From: Azolla caroliniana
Lineage: Eukaryota > Plantae > Polypodiophyta
Assembly: GCA_043228905.1 (NCBI GenBank)
Contig: JBHGNT010000009.1
Span: 10,664,001-10,728,000 of the forward strand
Length of the DNA stretch: 64,000 nt
Direction of reading: 5' to 3'
In this document: positions 1 through 10,884 of the stretch, piece after piece
Numbering within the stretch: the stretch's first letter is position 1
Layout: each line of letters starts with the position of its first letter
Notes under the pieces: generated by a model
Database searches by the model: none
The model's input: the letters and a program-made list of their open reading frames with translations, nothing else
Told to the model about the DNA's origin: nothing
Translations under genes and position numbers: made by a program

Positions 1-2463
1 TCTCCGGGGGGCCCTTCTCTCCCTTAGAGGATATCTCCGTTCCGGAGCTTCGGTAACCGGTTCTTCCGATTCTTCTTCATCCGAATCCATTTCGGGATCG
101 GGGCCGGTCCCGGTATCATTTTCATCTTCTTCGGCCGGTTCTGTTTCTTCACCGTCTTCGGCCGGATCCTCGAGTGCTAACCGGTCCCTTGCCGGTCGGG
201 ACTGCTCCTCGTAGAGTTGATCCTCACCGGTCGACTTGGAGCTCTTCATCTTCTTCTCCGACTCCAAGTCGGCGAGTGTCTTGTCCTCCATGAAGATGAT
301 GTCTCGACTCCTGAATATCTTCTTGTCGACCGGGTCCCATACTCGGTAGCCGAACTCGTCGTCGCCGTAACCGAGGAATATGCATGGCCGGGTCTTTGGA
401 TCTAGCTTTCCTCTCCGGTCCTTTGCCACATGCACGTAAGCGAGACACCCGAACACCTTCAGATGCCGGTAGGACACTTCCTTACCGGTCCACTCTTTCT
501 GCGGCGTGTCTCCGTCCAAAGGTACTGAGGGTGATCTGTTTATCACGTATGTCGCCGTCGACATTGCCTCAGCCCAAAACCCCTTGGGTAATTTCGCATG
601 CGCCAGCATACTCCGGACCCTCTCCATTATGGTCCGGTTCATCCTCTCGGCCACCCCGTTCAGTTCCGGCGTCTTCGGCACAGTAAACTCGAGCCGGATT
701 CCCTTCGAGTGACAGTACTCCTGGAACTGCCCCCGGTATTCCCCTCCGTTATCCGCTCGTATCGTTTTCAGCTTCTTGCCGGATTCCCTTTCCACTCTCG
801 CGTGGAGTTCTTTGAAGACGGACAATACTTGGTCCTTTGTCTTCAACGGTGCTGTCCACAGCTTCCGGCTGTGATCATCAATGAAAGTCACGAAGTACTG
901 GGCTCCGCCGTGTGACTTCGTTTCTACCTGACACACATCAGTATGCACCAACTCCAATGGTGCGCTACGTCTCGTCGGTGGCCTTGAGTGGAAGGAGGTT
1001 CGGTTCTGCTTACCGGCCAGGCAATCGGTGCACTTCTCCAGGTGCACATGCTTCACTGGAATAAGGTTGTCTTCTGCAAGCCTCTTCATCCCTTTCTCAC
1101 TCATGTGGCACAGTCTCTTGTGCCACAGCTCACCGGCAGCGTCGGCTGCCACGTTCAGCTCCTCCGGACATAGCCGGGAGTTCATCAGGTACAGGGTGTT
1201 GACCTTCCGGGCCCGAGCCACTATCAGGCTCCCCTTGCTGAACTTCATGACACCGTTCCGGATGCTACCCGTGTAGCCTTCATCATCTAGCCTCCCGGCC
1301 GAGATCAGGTTCAATCGGACCTCCGGAACGTGTCGCACATCCTTCAACAGCATCTTGCATCCGGTTGATGTCAACAGCCACACGTCTCCTATGCCGGCAA
1401 TCCGGCATGTGCCTTCATTTCCCATCCGGACACAGCCGTGCTCACCGGTTGTGTAGGATGAGAAGTATTTCTTCTCCGGGGTCAGGTGGAACGACGCTCC
1501 GGAATCAACCACCCAGGTCGTCTCTACACCGGCAAGGTTCAGCTCCCTCTCTTCGGTAATGAGCATGATTTCTTCCTCGCTTGCCGCGAGTGCCGTCGTT
1601 CCTTTCCGGTCCTGCCCTCGCCGATCCGGACCTCTTCGGTCCGTGGCTCCCCGGTATGCACCGTTTCTCTCCGGTGACTTCTTCGAATCGGTGTCGTCGG
1701 CTCCGTTGTCCTTTCGGTAATGCCGACAATTCTTCCGGAAGTGCCCCGGCTTCCCACAGTGGAAGCATGTTGGCCTTCCTCTTGACTGCGACCGGGTCCC
1801 CGACTTCTCCCGTCTTTGCGGACTCCGGTTCCATTGTCTTCCCCGATCCGATTCGGTAAGCAGCATCTTCTGATCAGAAACCGGTTCTTTATCTCTCCGA
1901 CGCGCTTCTTCGTTCAAAATACTTGTCTTTACCGTTTGTAGGGACAAGTTATCTTCGGTGCAGGAGGTGCTGAGAGTCACCACCAAGTTCTCCCAGCTGT
2001 CCGGCAATGTACACATCAAGATGATGGCTTGCATTGCATCCTCCAACGGGAACTTGATCGCCGCAAGCTGGTTCACGAATCCCATGAACGTGCTTACGTG
2101 TTCCACCATACTCTCGCCGTCCCGGTACTTGAGGTTCACTATCTTTCTCATCAGGGAGGTCCGGTTCAACGCATTCTTCCTCTCGTAGAGGCCCGACAGC
2201 TTCCGCCACATCTCATATGCGTTGGTGTCGTTCGCCACGTGTTGTAGAACGCTCACGTCGACGTATTGCCGAATGGTTGCAACGGCTTTCCGGTTCAGAA
2301 GCCTCCACTCCGTCTCAAGTACCCCCTTGGGTATTTCCGACCTGTCGATCGGTTCATACAGGTCCCGAACAATGAGCAGATCCTCCATCTTTATCTTCCA
2401 GTCGGCGTAGTTCTGCGCATTTAGCACCATCATCCCCGGCTGCCCGCTGCTGCCGCCTTCCAT
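1..2463 (-). CDS. copia gag-pol polyprotein, 5' part; apparently uninterrupted to the window edge
   Basis: ATG at 2463 translates MEGGSSGQPGMMVLNAQNYADWKIKMEDLL...LPDSWENLVVTL...CFHCGKPGHFRKNC...WVVDSGASFH...LWHKRLCH. The ORF track lists no terminated ORF in this frame, consistent with an open frame leaving the window. Confidence 0.85.
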   Translation of the reverse strand, partial: MEGGSSGQPGMMVLNAQNYADWKIKMEDLLIVRDLYEPIDRSEIPKGVLETEWRLLNRKAVATIRQYVDVSVLQHVANDTNAYEMWRKLSGLYERKNALNRTSLMRKIVNLKYRDGESMVEHVSTFMGFVNQLAAIKFPLEDAMQAIILMCTLPDSWENLVVTLSTSCTEDNLSLQTVKTSILNEEARRRDKEPVSDQKMLLTESDRGRQWNRSPQRREKSGTRSQSRGRPTCFHCGKPGHFRKNCRHYRKDNGADDTDSKKSPERNGAYRGATDRRGPDRRGQDRKGTTALAASEEEIMLITEERELNLAGVETTWVVDSGASFHLTPEKKYFSSYTTGEHGCVRMGNEGTCRIAGIGDVWLLTSTGCKMLLKDVRHVPEVRLNLISAGRLDDEGYTGSIRNGVMKFSKGSLIVARARKVNTLYLMNSRLCPEELNVAADAAGELWHKRLCHMSEKGMKRLAEDNLIPVKHVHLEKCTDCLAGKQNRTSFHSRPPTRRSAPLELVHTDVCQVETKSHGGAQYFVTFIDDHSRKLWTAPLKTKDQVLSVFKELHARVERESGKKLKTIRADNGGEYRGQFQEYCHSKGIRLEFTVPKTPELNGVAERMNRTIMERVRSMLAHAKLPKGFWAEAMSTATYVINRSPSVPLDGDTPQKEWTGKEVSYRHLKVFGCLAYVHVAKDRRGKLDPKTRPCIFLGYGDDEFGYRVWDPVDKKIFRSRDIIFMEDKTLADLESEKKMKSSKSTGEDQLYEEQSRPARDRLALEDPAEDGEETEPAEEDENDTGTGPDPEMDSDEEESEEPVTEAPERRYPLRERRAPRR

Positions 2464-2479
2464 TTTCTGTGTTACCGTC

Positions 2480-2491
2480 GCTCTGATACCA
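2480..2491 (-). promoter_or_regulatory. primer binding site complementary to the 3' end of initiator tRNA-Met
   Basis: gctctgatacca on + reads TGGTATCAGAGC on -, 3 nt from the LTR end. The same PBS occurs at 4525-4536 (+), 34309-34320 (-) and 54870-54881 (-). Confidence 0.9.
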
Positions 2492-2494
2492 CTT

Positions 2495-3173
2495 TGTTGA
2501 AAAAACCGTGCTCGGCCACAGCCAAGGAATAGGATCAACTCTCAGAAAACAGGAAATACAACAATGCACGAAAACAATAGAGAGAGGGGCACACTGAAAT
2601 GGGAAAAAAACCACGGGAGTGCAAGACTCCAACTATCACTATACACGGAATGTACAATGGCGAGCTGCAAGGCGACGACCTTGAGCTCGCTGTCCTCGCC
2701 ACAGGCGGCGGTATTACACAGAGGCGTCGACCTCTTCCTTCCTCCTTCTCTTTCACTCTCTCTCGGCTGCTCTCACTTCGCTCCCTCTTAGTGAAAACAG
2801 AAGATGAGCAACAACAATAAACTGTTTGCCCTAAGTCATATTTATACACATATGACTTTCGGGCTATTTACAAGTATAGCCTCAAAGGGCTCTTGGCAAA
2901 CATATTCACAAATATGTCCCCGCATCCGGATCTCTCTCCGGGTACATTCGTCATCCGGCTCCGTAACCGGGGTCTTCAGCATCCGGCTCCGTAACCGGGG
3001 TTTTCAGCATCCGGCTCCGTAACCGGGGTCTTCAGCATCCGGCTCCGTAACCGGGGTTTTCAGCATCCGGCTCCGTAACCGGGGTCTTCAGCATCCGGCT
3101 CCGTAACCGGGGTCTTCAGCATCCGGCTCCCGGACATCCGACCATCCCATCCGGAGGGACCGTAATCCCAACA
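2495..3173 (-). repeat. 5' LTR of copia A
   Basis: TG...CA termini; shares blocks with LTRs 3895-4521, 8608-9228 and 47734-48332 (ggtccctccggatggga start, aagtcatat...atatgactt, gcctgtggcga). Confidence 0.9.
2952..3130. repeat. 28-bp tandem repeat in the U3 region of the LTR (6 full copies plus a partial)
   Basis: Unit catccggctccgtaaccggggt(c/t)ttcag starting at 2952, 2980, 3008, 3036, 3064, 3092 and 3120 (partial). Confidence 0.95.
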
Positions 3174-3894
3174 CAAACTTCTTGTCCCACATGTTCCCCC
3201 TATCCCCCTCCTACACGATAGCTCCCTTGTCCCCCACCTTAGTTAAGTCCAGGTGGCCCTCAATCCACAAGAGCGATTGGTCTCCATCCGCCAATTATTC
3301 GCTCATTTTTTGTCACTAACCCTCCAACCCACACATGCTCCTACTGTCTCTTTCCCAATACAACATGCCATTCGTACCTGGGAAGCCACTTCGATCCGCA
3401 TGGCTACCCACCGACGTTCCCCCCGTCGACCACGATCGCATCGATATTGTCGTCATCAACATGCTCACCAAAGGTATTATCATTCCTTCCACCAGCGATT
3501 GGGTTTCAAAACCCCACCTCATCAAGAAAGATGAGGGCACCTTCCGCTTTTGCATCGACTTCAGGCCTCTCAACAAAGTGACTATCCATGACCTCTACCC
3601 ACTCCCTCACGTGGACGACCTCTTGGATCAACTCGGTGGCTCCCGTTATTTCACCTCCCTTGACTTACCCTCGGGATATTGGCGGATCCCCCTAAAAGCT
3701 TCTAACGCCCACAAGACCGCATTCCGCACACGCCGCAGGCTATTGTAGTTCACCCGCATGTCGTTCGGCCTGTCTGATGCCGGTAGCACATTCCAACGCA
3801 TGCCAAACTCCATCTTTGTTGCCCTTATCAGCAAAGGTGTCCTCCTTGTTCATCTCGATGACATCCTTATCCACACGACCACTTAGGAGGACCA

Positions 3895-6800
3895 TGTTAG
3901 GAAACAGGTCCCTCCGGATGGGAAGTGAGAAGAACAGTACTGATGATCAAACTCGGCCTCGGCCGAAACCGGATGAGGAGTACCTGGAAACGGAAGACCT
4001 AGTGAGAACCGGATGACAAGTACCCGGCAAGTGCCGGATGATGCAGGCCCGATGAGGAGTGCTCACCGGATGAAGAGACATATTCGTAAATATGTTTCTG
4101 AGAGTCCATCGTGGCTATATTTGTAAATAGCCAAAAAGTCATATTAGTATAAATATGACTTAGGGCAAACTGTTGAATGTGGTTGTTGTCATTCTTGTTG
4201 GCGCAAGATTAGAGCGCGCAACTGTGTACAGAGAGAGTGAGAGAGAGGAAGAGGTCGTTGCCTCTAAATGTAACCGTTGCCTGTGGCGAAGATAGCAAGC
4301 TCGAGGTCGTGGCCTCGGTGCTTTCTTATTGTACATTATGATATAGTGATAGTTTGCGGTCTATGGGCTGCCGTGGTTTTTCCCGAGTTTGGGTTTTCCA
4401 CATAAACATCCTGTGTACTCTTCTCTCTATCGTGTTGTCCTTTCATTCCCTGTTTTCTGTGTTTTATTCTAGGCTCGGTTGTGGCCGAGCGTTGTTCATC
4501 GGGAGCGTGTAGTTCCTGTCAAAGTGGTATCAGAGCGAAACGACACAGAAAATGGACGATTCGTTGGGAGGCATGTTCAAGCTCACCGGCTCCAACTATT
4601 CGGTGTGGAAGTCGAAGATGAGGAACATGCTCGTGGTTAAAGATCTTTGGTTGCCGGTTCAGTTTGGGGACAAGAGACCGGACAAAATCGACGCCACGAT
4701 ATGGGAGGTGATGCACATGAAGACAACGGCTCATATACGGTGCTTCATCAACATGAGACTATACAACAACTTCAATGAAGAGAGCAAGGCTCATGAGCTC
4801 TGGGAGAAGATCGGCATTATGTTTCAAAACAAAAATGTTGTTAACCAGGTTTCGGTATTCCAGAAGCTAGTAAGACTCTGATACCAAGATGGCTCCAGCA
4901 TGGCGGAGCACATGAATGCCTTCCACGGGCTGATACACCAGGCAACATCATTGGAAGTACCTCTCGCCGATGAGGTACTAGCACTACTCCTGCTCGGTTC
5001 CCTCCCGGATAGCTGGGAGACGTTGGTTGTCACTTTGGGCAACGCCGGGCCGGAAGGGAAACGGTTATCCCTAGCAAGAGTGAAGTCAAGCTTGCTAGAT
5101 GAGGAGGCGCATCGGAAAGATAAGGATACGAGCTCCGAGTCCAAAGCACTCCTTACCGAATCGGAACGCAGAAGACATAGAAATTGGAGTCCCCAGAACC
5201 GGGAAAAGTCGGGGACACGGTCAAAGTCAAGGGGGAGACCTACTTGCTTCTATTGCGGCAAGCCAGGACACTTCCAGAAGAACTGTCGGCATTTCCGGAA
5301 AGACAAGGAAACCGAAGGTACCGATTCGAAGCGGACTCCGGACCGGAACGGTAAAGACCGGAGGGGAACGGGCCGGAAGGGAACGACGGCAATCGCGGCA
5401 AGTGAAGAAGAGTTGATGCTCATCACCGAGGACAGTGAGATAAACCTTGCCGGCGACGAGATGACCTGGGTGGTCGACTCCGGAGCATCATTCCACCTTA
5501 CCCCGGACCGGAAATGCTTCTCATCCTACTCAGCCGGTGATCACGGCTGTGTCCGGATGGGGAATGAAGGTACATGCCGAATTGTCGGCATAGGAGACGT
5601 GTGGTTGACAACACCAACCAGATGCAAGTTGCTGCCGAAGGATGTCCGACACGTTCCGGAGGTTCGTCTAAACCTGATATCAGCTGGTCAGCTAGATGAT
5701 GAAGGTTACACGGGTAACATCCGGAACGGTGTTATGAAGTTCAGCAAAGGGAGCCTGATTGTGGCTCGGGCCTAAAAGTTCAACACGTTGTACCTAATGA
5801 ATGCCCGGTTATGCCCGGAAGAAGTGAACGTGGCATCCGACACTGTCGGTGAGCTGTGGCACAAGAGACTGTGCCACATGAGCGAGAAGGGGATGAAGAG
5901 GCTTGCAGACGACAACCTCATTCCAATGAAGAACGTGCACTTGGAGAAGTGCATTGATTGTCTGGCCGATAAACAAAACTGGACCTCCTTCTGATTGAGG
6001 CCACCGATGAGACGTAATGCACCACTGGAGTTGGTGCATACTGATGTGTGTCAAGTGGACACGAAGTCACATGCAGGATCGTAGTACTTCGTGACGTTCA
6101 TAGATGACCACAACCGGAAGCTGCTGGCCACACCGTTGAAGACGAAGGATCAGGTGTTATTCGTCTTCAAAGAGCTCCACGCGAGAGTGGAAAGAGAAAC
6201 CGGCTGGAAGCTGAAGGCGGTTCGAGCAGATAACGGAGGTGAATATCGGGGGCAGTTCGAGGAGTACTGTCGCTCGAAGGGAATCCGGCTCGAATTTACC
6301 GTGTCGAAGACGCCGGAACTAAACGGGCTGGCCGAGAGGATGAACCGGTCCATAATGGAGAGGGTCCGGAGTATGTTGGCGCATGCAAAACTACCCAAGA
6401 AGTTTTGGGTTGAGGCACTGTCGACGGAGACATATGTGATAAACAGATCACCCTCAGTACCCTTGGACGGAGACACGCCACAGAGAGTCTGGACCGGTAA
6501 GGAAGTGTCCTACCGGCATCTGAAGGTATTCGGGTGTCTCGCGTACATGCATGTAGCTAAGGACTGGAGAGGAAAGTTAGATCCAAAGACCCGGCCATGC
6601 ATATTCCTCGGTTACGGCGATGATGAGTTCGGCTACCGAGTGTGGGACCTGGTCGACAAGAAGGTATTCCAGAGTCGAGATATTATCTTCATGGAGGATA
6701 AGACGCTCGCCGACTGGGAGTCGGAGAAGAAGATAATGAACTCCGAGTCGACCGGTAAGGATCGATTCTACGATGAGCAGACCCAACCGGCAAGAGACCG

Positions 6801-9228
6801 GTTAACACTCGAGGAACCAGCCGGTTACGGTGAGGATACCGAACCGGCAGAAGAAGAAGTAGAGGAAGCTAAAACCGAAACCGGCCAAGACCCCAAATCG
6901 GATTCGGATGAAGAGCAAATGGAGGAGCCGGTTACCGAAGCCCAAAGACGTAGATATCCTCTCAGAGAGAGAAGGGCCCCCCAGAGATTTCCGAATGTAG
7001 AGCATGTGCTGCTGACCGATGAGGGGGAGCCAGAAAGCTTCGAAGAAGCGAAGGATGACACCCACAACCGCAAATGGTTAAGTGCCATGCAGGATGAGAT
7101 GGATTCCCTGCATGAGAACCGTACGTACGAATTGGTGGAGTTGCCGAAAGGAAAACGGGCACTCCGAAATAAGTGGTGTACAAGTTGAAACCGGGAGATG
7201 CCGGCAAACCCCCGAGATACAAAGCCAGGATCGTGGTGAAGGGGTTCCAGCAGAAGAAGGGTGTGGACTTCGACGAGATATTTGCCCCGGTAGTAAAGAT
7301 GACCTCCATCCGGACGGTGCTGAGTATAGCGGCAAGCATGGACCTCGAGGTAGAGCAACTGGACGTGAAGATGACATTCCTTCACGGTGACCTCAAAGAG
7401 GAAATCTACATGCAGCAACCGGAAGGATTTGTGGAGAAGGGGAAGGAGCACCTGGTATGCCGATTGGAGAAGAGCATGTATGGACTGAAGCAGGCTCCCC
7501 GACAATGGTACCGGAAGTTCAACTCCTTCATGACCGATCAAGGGTACCACAAGACGCAGGCCGATCACTGTGTGTTTGTGAAGAAGTTCGAAGGAGGCGA
7601 CTTCCTGATACTCCTCCTGTACGTGGACGACATGTTGATCGTCGGACGGGATCAAGCCAAAATACGGATGCTGAAGAAGGCTCTCAACCGAACCTTCGCG
7701 ATGAAAGACTTGGGTCTGGCAAGACAGATGCTGGGGATGCATATCATCCAGAACCGGCCAACGAAGCAACTGTGGCTGTCACAGGAGAAATACGTGACAA
7801 AGGTGCTTCAACGGTTCAACATGTCAGATGCGAAACCGATCGGATTGACACTTCCGGCAAACTGCAGGTTATCCGGTAAGCAAAGCCCGAGGACGAAAGC
7901 AGAGAAGGCTGATATGATGAAGGTTCCATATGCCTCTGCCGTCGGGAGCTTAATGTACGCAATGGTGTGTACCCGACCGGATATAGGATACGCAGTCGGA
8001 GTGTTGAGCCGGTTTATGAGCAATCCCGGCAAGGAGCACTAGAACGCGGTCAAATGGATACTCCGGTACTTGAAGGGCACTTCGAACATGTGTCTCCGAT
8101 TCGGCTCCGGTAAACCTCAACTTGATGGCTTTACCGATTCGGACATGTCGGTTGATGTGGATACCAACCGGTCTACATCCGGGTATGTAATGACATATGC
8201 AGGGGGAGCTGTTTCATGGCAGTCAAGGTTGCAGAAGACGGTTGCGCTGTCAACCACGGAGGCGGAGTACATGGCGGCTGTGGAAGCCGACAAGGAAATA
8301 TTATGGATGAAGGACTTCATCGGAGAGCTCGGTATCCGGCAAGATGAATACCGACTCTATTGCGACAGTCAAAGTGCCATCCACCTTGCTAAGAATGCGG
8401 CCTACCATTCCCGGACAAAGCATATCCGGCGAAGGTATCACTGGATCCGGGAAAGAGTAGATGACCAGGATTTTGCGCTGACTAAGATCCACACGACCGA
8501 GAACGGGTCAGATATGTTGACCAAAGTACTGATACTCGACAAGCTGGACGCATGCCGGAAGCGGATCGGATTAGTTAGACATCCCATGCCGGAGTGAAGG
8601 GGGAGTTTGTTAGGAAACAGGTCCGTCCGGATGGGAAGTGAGAAGAATAGTACTAATGATCAAACTCGGCCGAAACCGGATGAGGAGTACCCGGAAACGG
8701 AAGACCCGGTGAGAACCGGATGACGAGTACCCGGCAAACGCCGGATGATGCAGGCCCGATGAGGAGTGCTCACCGGATGAAGAGACATATTCGTAAATAT
8801 GTTTCTGAGAGTCCATCGTGGCTATATTTGTAAATAGCCAAAAAGTCATATTAGTATAAATATGACTTAGGGCAAACTGTTGAATGTGGTTGTTGTCATT
8901 CTTGTTGGTGCAAGATTAGAGTGCGCAACTGTGTACAAAGAGAGTGAGAGAGAGGAAGAGGTCGTTGCCTCTGATTGTAACCGCCGCCTGTGGCGAAGAT
9001 AGCAAGCTCGAGGTCGTGGCCTCGGTGCTTTCTTATTGTACATTATGATATAGTGATAGTTTGTGGTCCGTGGGCTGCCGTGGTTTTTCCCGAGTTTGGG
9101 TTTTCCACGTAAACATCCTGTGTACTCTTCTCTTTATCGTGTTGTCCTTTCATTCCCTGTTTTCTGTGTTTTATTCTAGGCTCGGTTGTGGCCGAGCGTT
9201 GTTCATCGGGAGTGTATAGTTCCTGTCA
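3895..9228 (+). mobile_element. full-length Ty1/copia element C nested in the RT of gypsy B
   Basis: LTRs 3895-4521 and 8608-9228 (TGTTAG...TGTCA); 5-bp TSD GACCA at 3890-3894 and 9229-9233; PBS 4525-4536; PPT gagtgaagggggag 8592-8605; gag-PR-INT-RT-RH order. Confidence 0.97.
4552..8597 (+). pseudogene. copia C gag-pol, disrupted by several in-frame stops and one frameshift
   Basis: ORF pieces 4552-4881, 4900-5775, 5788-5994, 6091-7188, 7173-8042 and 8070-8597 carry gag knuckle, WVVDSGAS, integrase, LLYVDDML and RNaseH motifs; stops at ~4879, 5773, 5992, 6082 and 8040; 1-bp loss near 7175. Confidence 0.92.
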
Positions 9229-10194
9229 GACCATCTACAAACTCTTGTTGAAGTCCTCATTTGCATAACTAAACATAACTTGCAACTCCAATGGAAAAAG
9301 TGTCAATGGGGAAGCATCAGCCTCTGTTTTCTCAGCTTCATCATCTTTGGCGACGGAATCCGTATAGACCCTGTAAAGGTAGCTGCCATCACCGACTACC
9401 CTCGCCCCACCTCAATAAAATCATTGCAACGTTTTTTGGGCATGATCACCTTTTCCCTTTGCTTCATTCCGAACCTCGCCTTGGTCACTTTTCCCCACTG
9501 CTAACTCTTGAAGAAAGGTGTGTCATTCATTTGGGATCCTGCTTGCGAAGATAACTTTTGTTGCCTCAATACCATGGTCTAGGAATCGGGGTTGCTCGCC
9601 CATCCTAACTTTGACCAGCCGTTCACATTGCAGACAAACGCATCAAACCATGGGTTAGGAGCCGTCCTCCTACAAGTCGATTGCCACGACCAAGAAAAGG
9701 CGGTCGCCTTCATTAACCGCACTCTCACGCCGGCTGAACGCCACTACTCAACCACCAAGGAGGAACTACTTGCAATCGTCTGGTCTTTCCATCGTCTTCA
9801 CCCATACCTTCATGGTGGACAAGATACGGTTGAATTTGACCACCATCCCTTGCTTTCACTTATCCATCAACCTCACCCCCCAGGCCGCTTGTTGCGAAGG
9901 ACACTGGCACTCCAAGATTATCTGTTTAACCTCCCTATTAGAAAGGTGTAACCAATTTGGTCACTGATAGTGTCTCTCATGTCAACTTCCAAGCTATCCA
10001 ATTTCTCCCCGAGACATCTGATCTTCCGCCACCATTGCCACAAATCGCTACACTTCAGCAACCAAAAAATTACGCCTCAAGTATTACTAGCCCAACGTGC
10101 AACACTCTATCTCTACCTACATCAAACAATGTGATTTGTGTCAACACATCAAACTTGCGGGCAAGCCCGCTCGAACACTCCAGCCCATCACCGT

Positions 10195-10884
10195 TGTTGT
10201 GAGGATTTTCGACCCGAGCGGGAGGAATAAAACAAGATGTGCAACATTGCACATGAACTTAGGGAAATTGTCACATAGGATTAAAAGACAAATGTAAGGA
10301 GGAAAAGTAAGATGTAAAGGTATAAAGGTGATGTGCACTTTGTAGACTAGAGGGAGGCACATGAAGTATGGGTGTAGGGAGTAGTGGGCATTGAGTATGA
10401 CAGTGAGAGGAGAGGGAGTTAAGACCCATCAATCTCACCTCCTAAGATCGAGGTCGAATATTCTCCTTTGAAAGAAAGGGGATTTGACCACTCCTTTTGT
10501 AATGTGCCTCACCCCCTTACTACTATAAAAGGGAGTGAGGGGTCACTTTTGAAGGGGTCGCCATTTTGTTGTTTTAGGGTAGACCATTAGGGTTTCGGGT
10601 TTTAGGGTTTTACTATTCTTCTTCTTCTATCCGGTTAGGGTTTCTTATAGTGGGTTGGTTCAGCCTACACGGCCATGGTTGTAATTGTTTTGCGGATTCT
10701 TAATATAACTTCTTGATGTATCTTGTCTCTATTTTCTCATTCCTTGTTAATATCCTATTCTATCTCATTTCCTCTCGACCTTGAAGGTCGTAAGGCTCAA
10801 GCTCCCATTTCTCCTCTACTCCCTAGTCCAAGACCCCCGTGGTCTCGTCTAAGATCCTACACGTACTCACGGATTTCCGCAACA
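10195..10884. mobile_element. solo LTR (690 bp) inserted in the integrase of gypsy B
   Basis: TGTTGTG...CGCAACA ends with 4-bp TSD CCGT (10191-10194, 10885-10888). Removing it restores the in-frame integrase sequence QPITVTSPFELVEWDFMGP. TATAAAA near 10524. Confidence 0.85.

Larger units (their letters stand above)
1..3173 (-). mobile_element. Ty1/copia LTR retrotransposon A, 5' portion (runs off the left edge of the window)
   Basis: LTR 2495-3173 with TGTTG...CAACA ends; PBS TGGTATCAGAGC on the minus strand at 2480-2491; gag (CFHCGKPGHFRKNC knuckle), protease (WVVDSGAS) and integrase in copia order on the minus strand. Confidence 0.95.

Noticed and set aside
2952-3130. CRISPR-like array of 28-bp repeats
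   Set aside because: Units are head-to-tail with no unique spacers, lie inside an LTR, and there are no cas genes; the context is eukaryotic.
4525-4536. tRNA-Met gene
   Set aside because: Only the 12-nt complement of the tRNA 3' end next to an LTR, i.e. a primer binding site.
7173-7188. Programmed frameshift in copia C pol
   Set aside because: Falls inside the conserved RT motif KWVYK, lacks a slippery site, and the copy has several other lesions; a 1-bp deletion is simpler.
6825-7769. 314-aa antisense ORF and similar shadow ORFs over retrotransposon pol genes
   Set aside because: Expected by-products of GC-rich coding sequence on the opposite strand; no recognisable motifs.
10572-10645. 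Interstitial telomere array
   Set aside because: Only a few scattered TTAGGG/TAGGGTTT motifs inside a solo LTR, not a tandem array.
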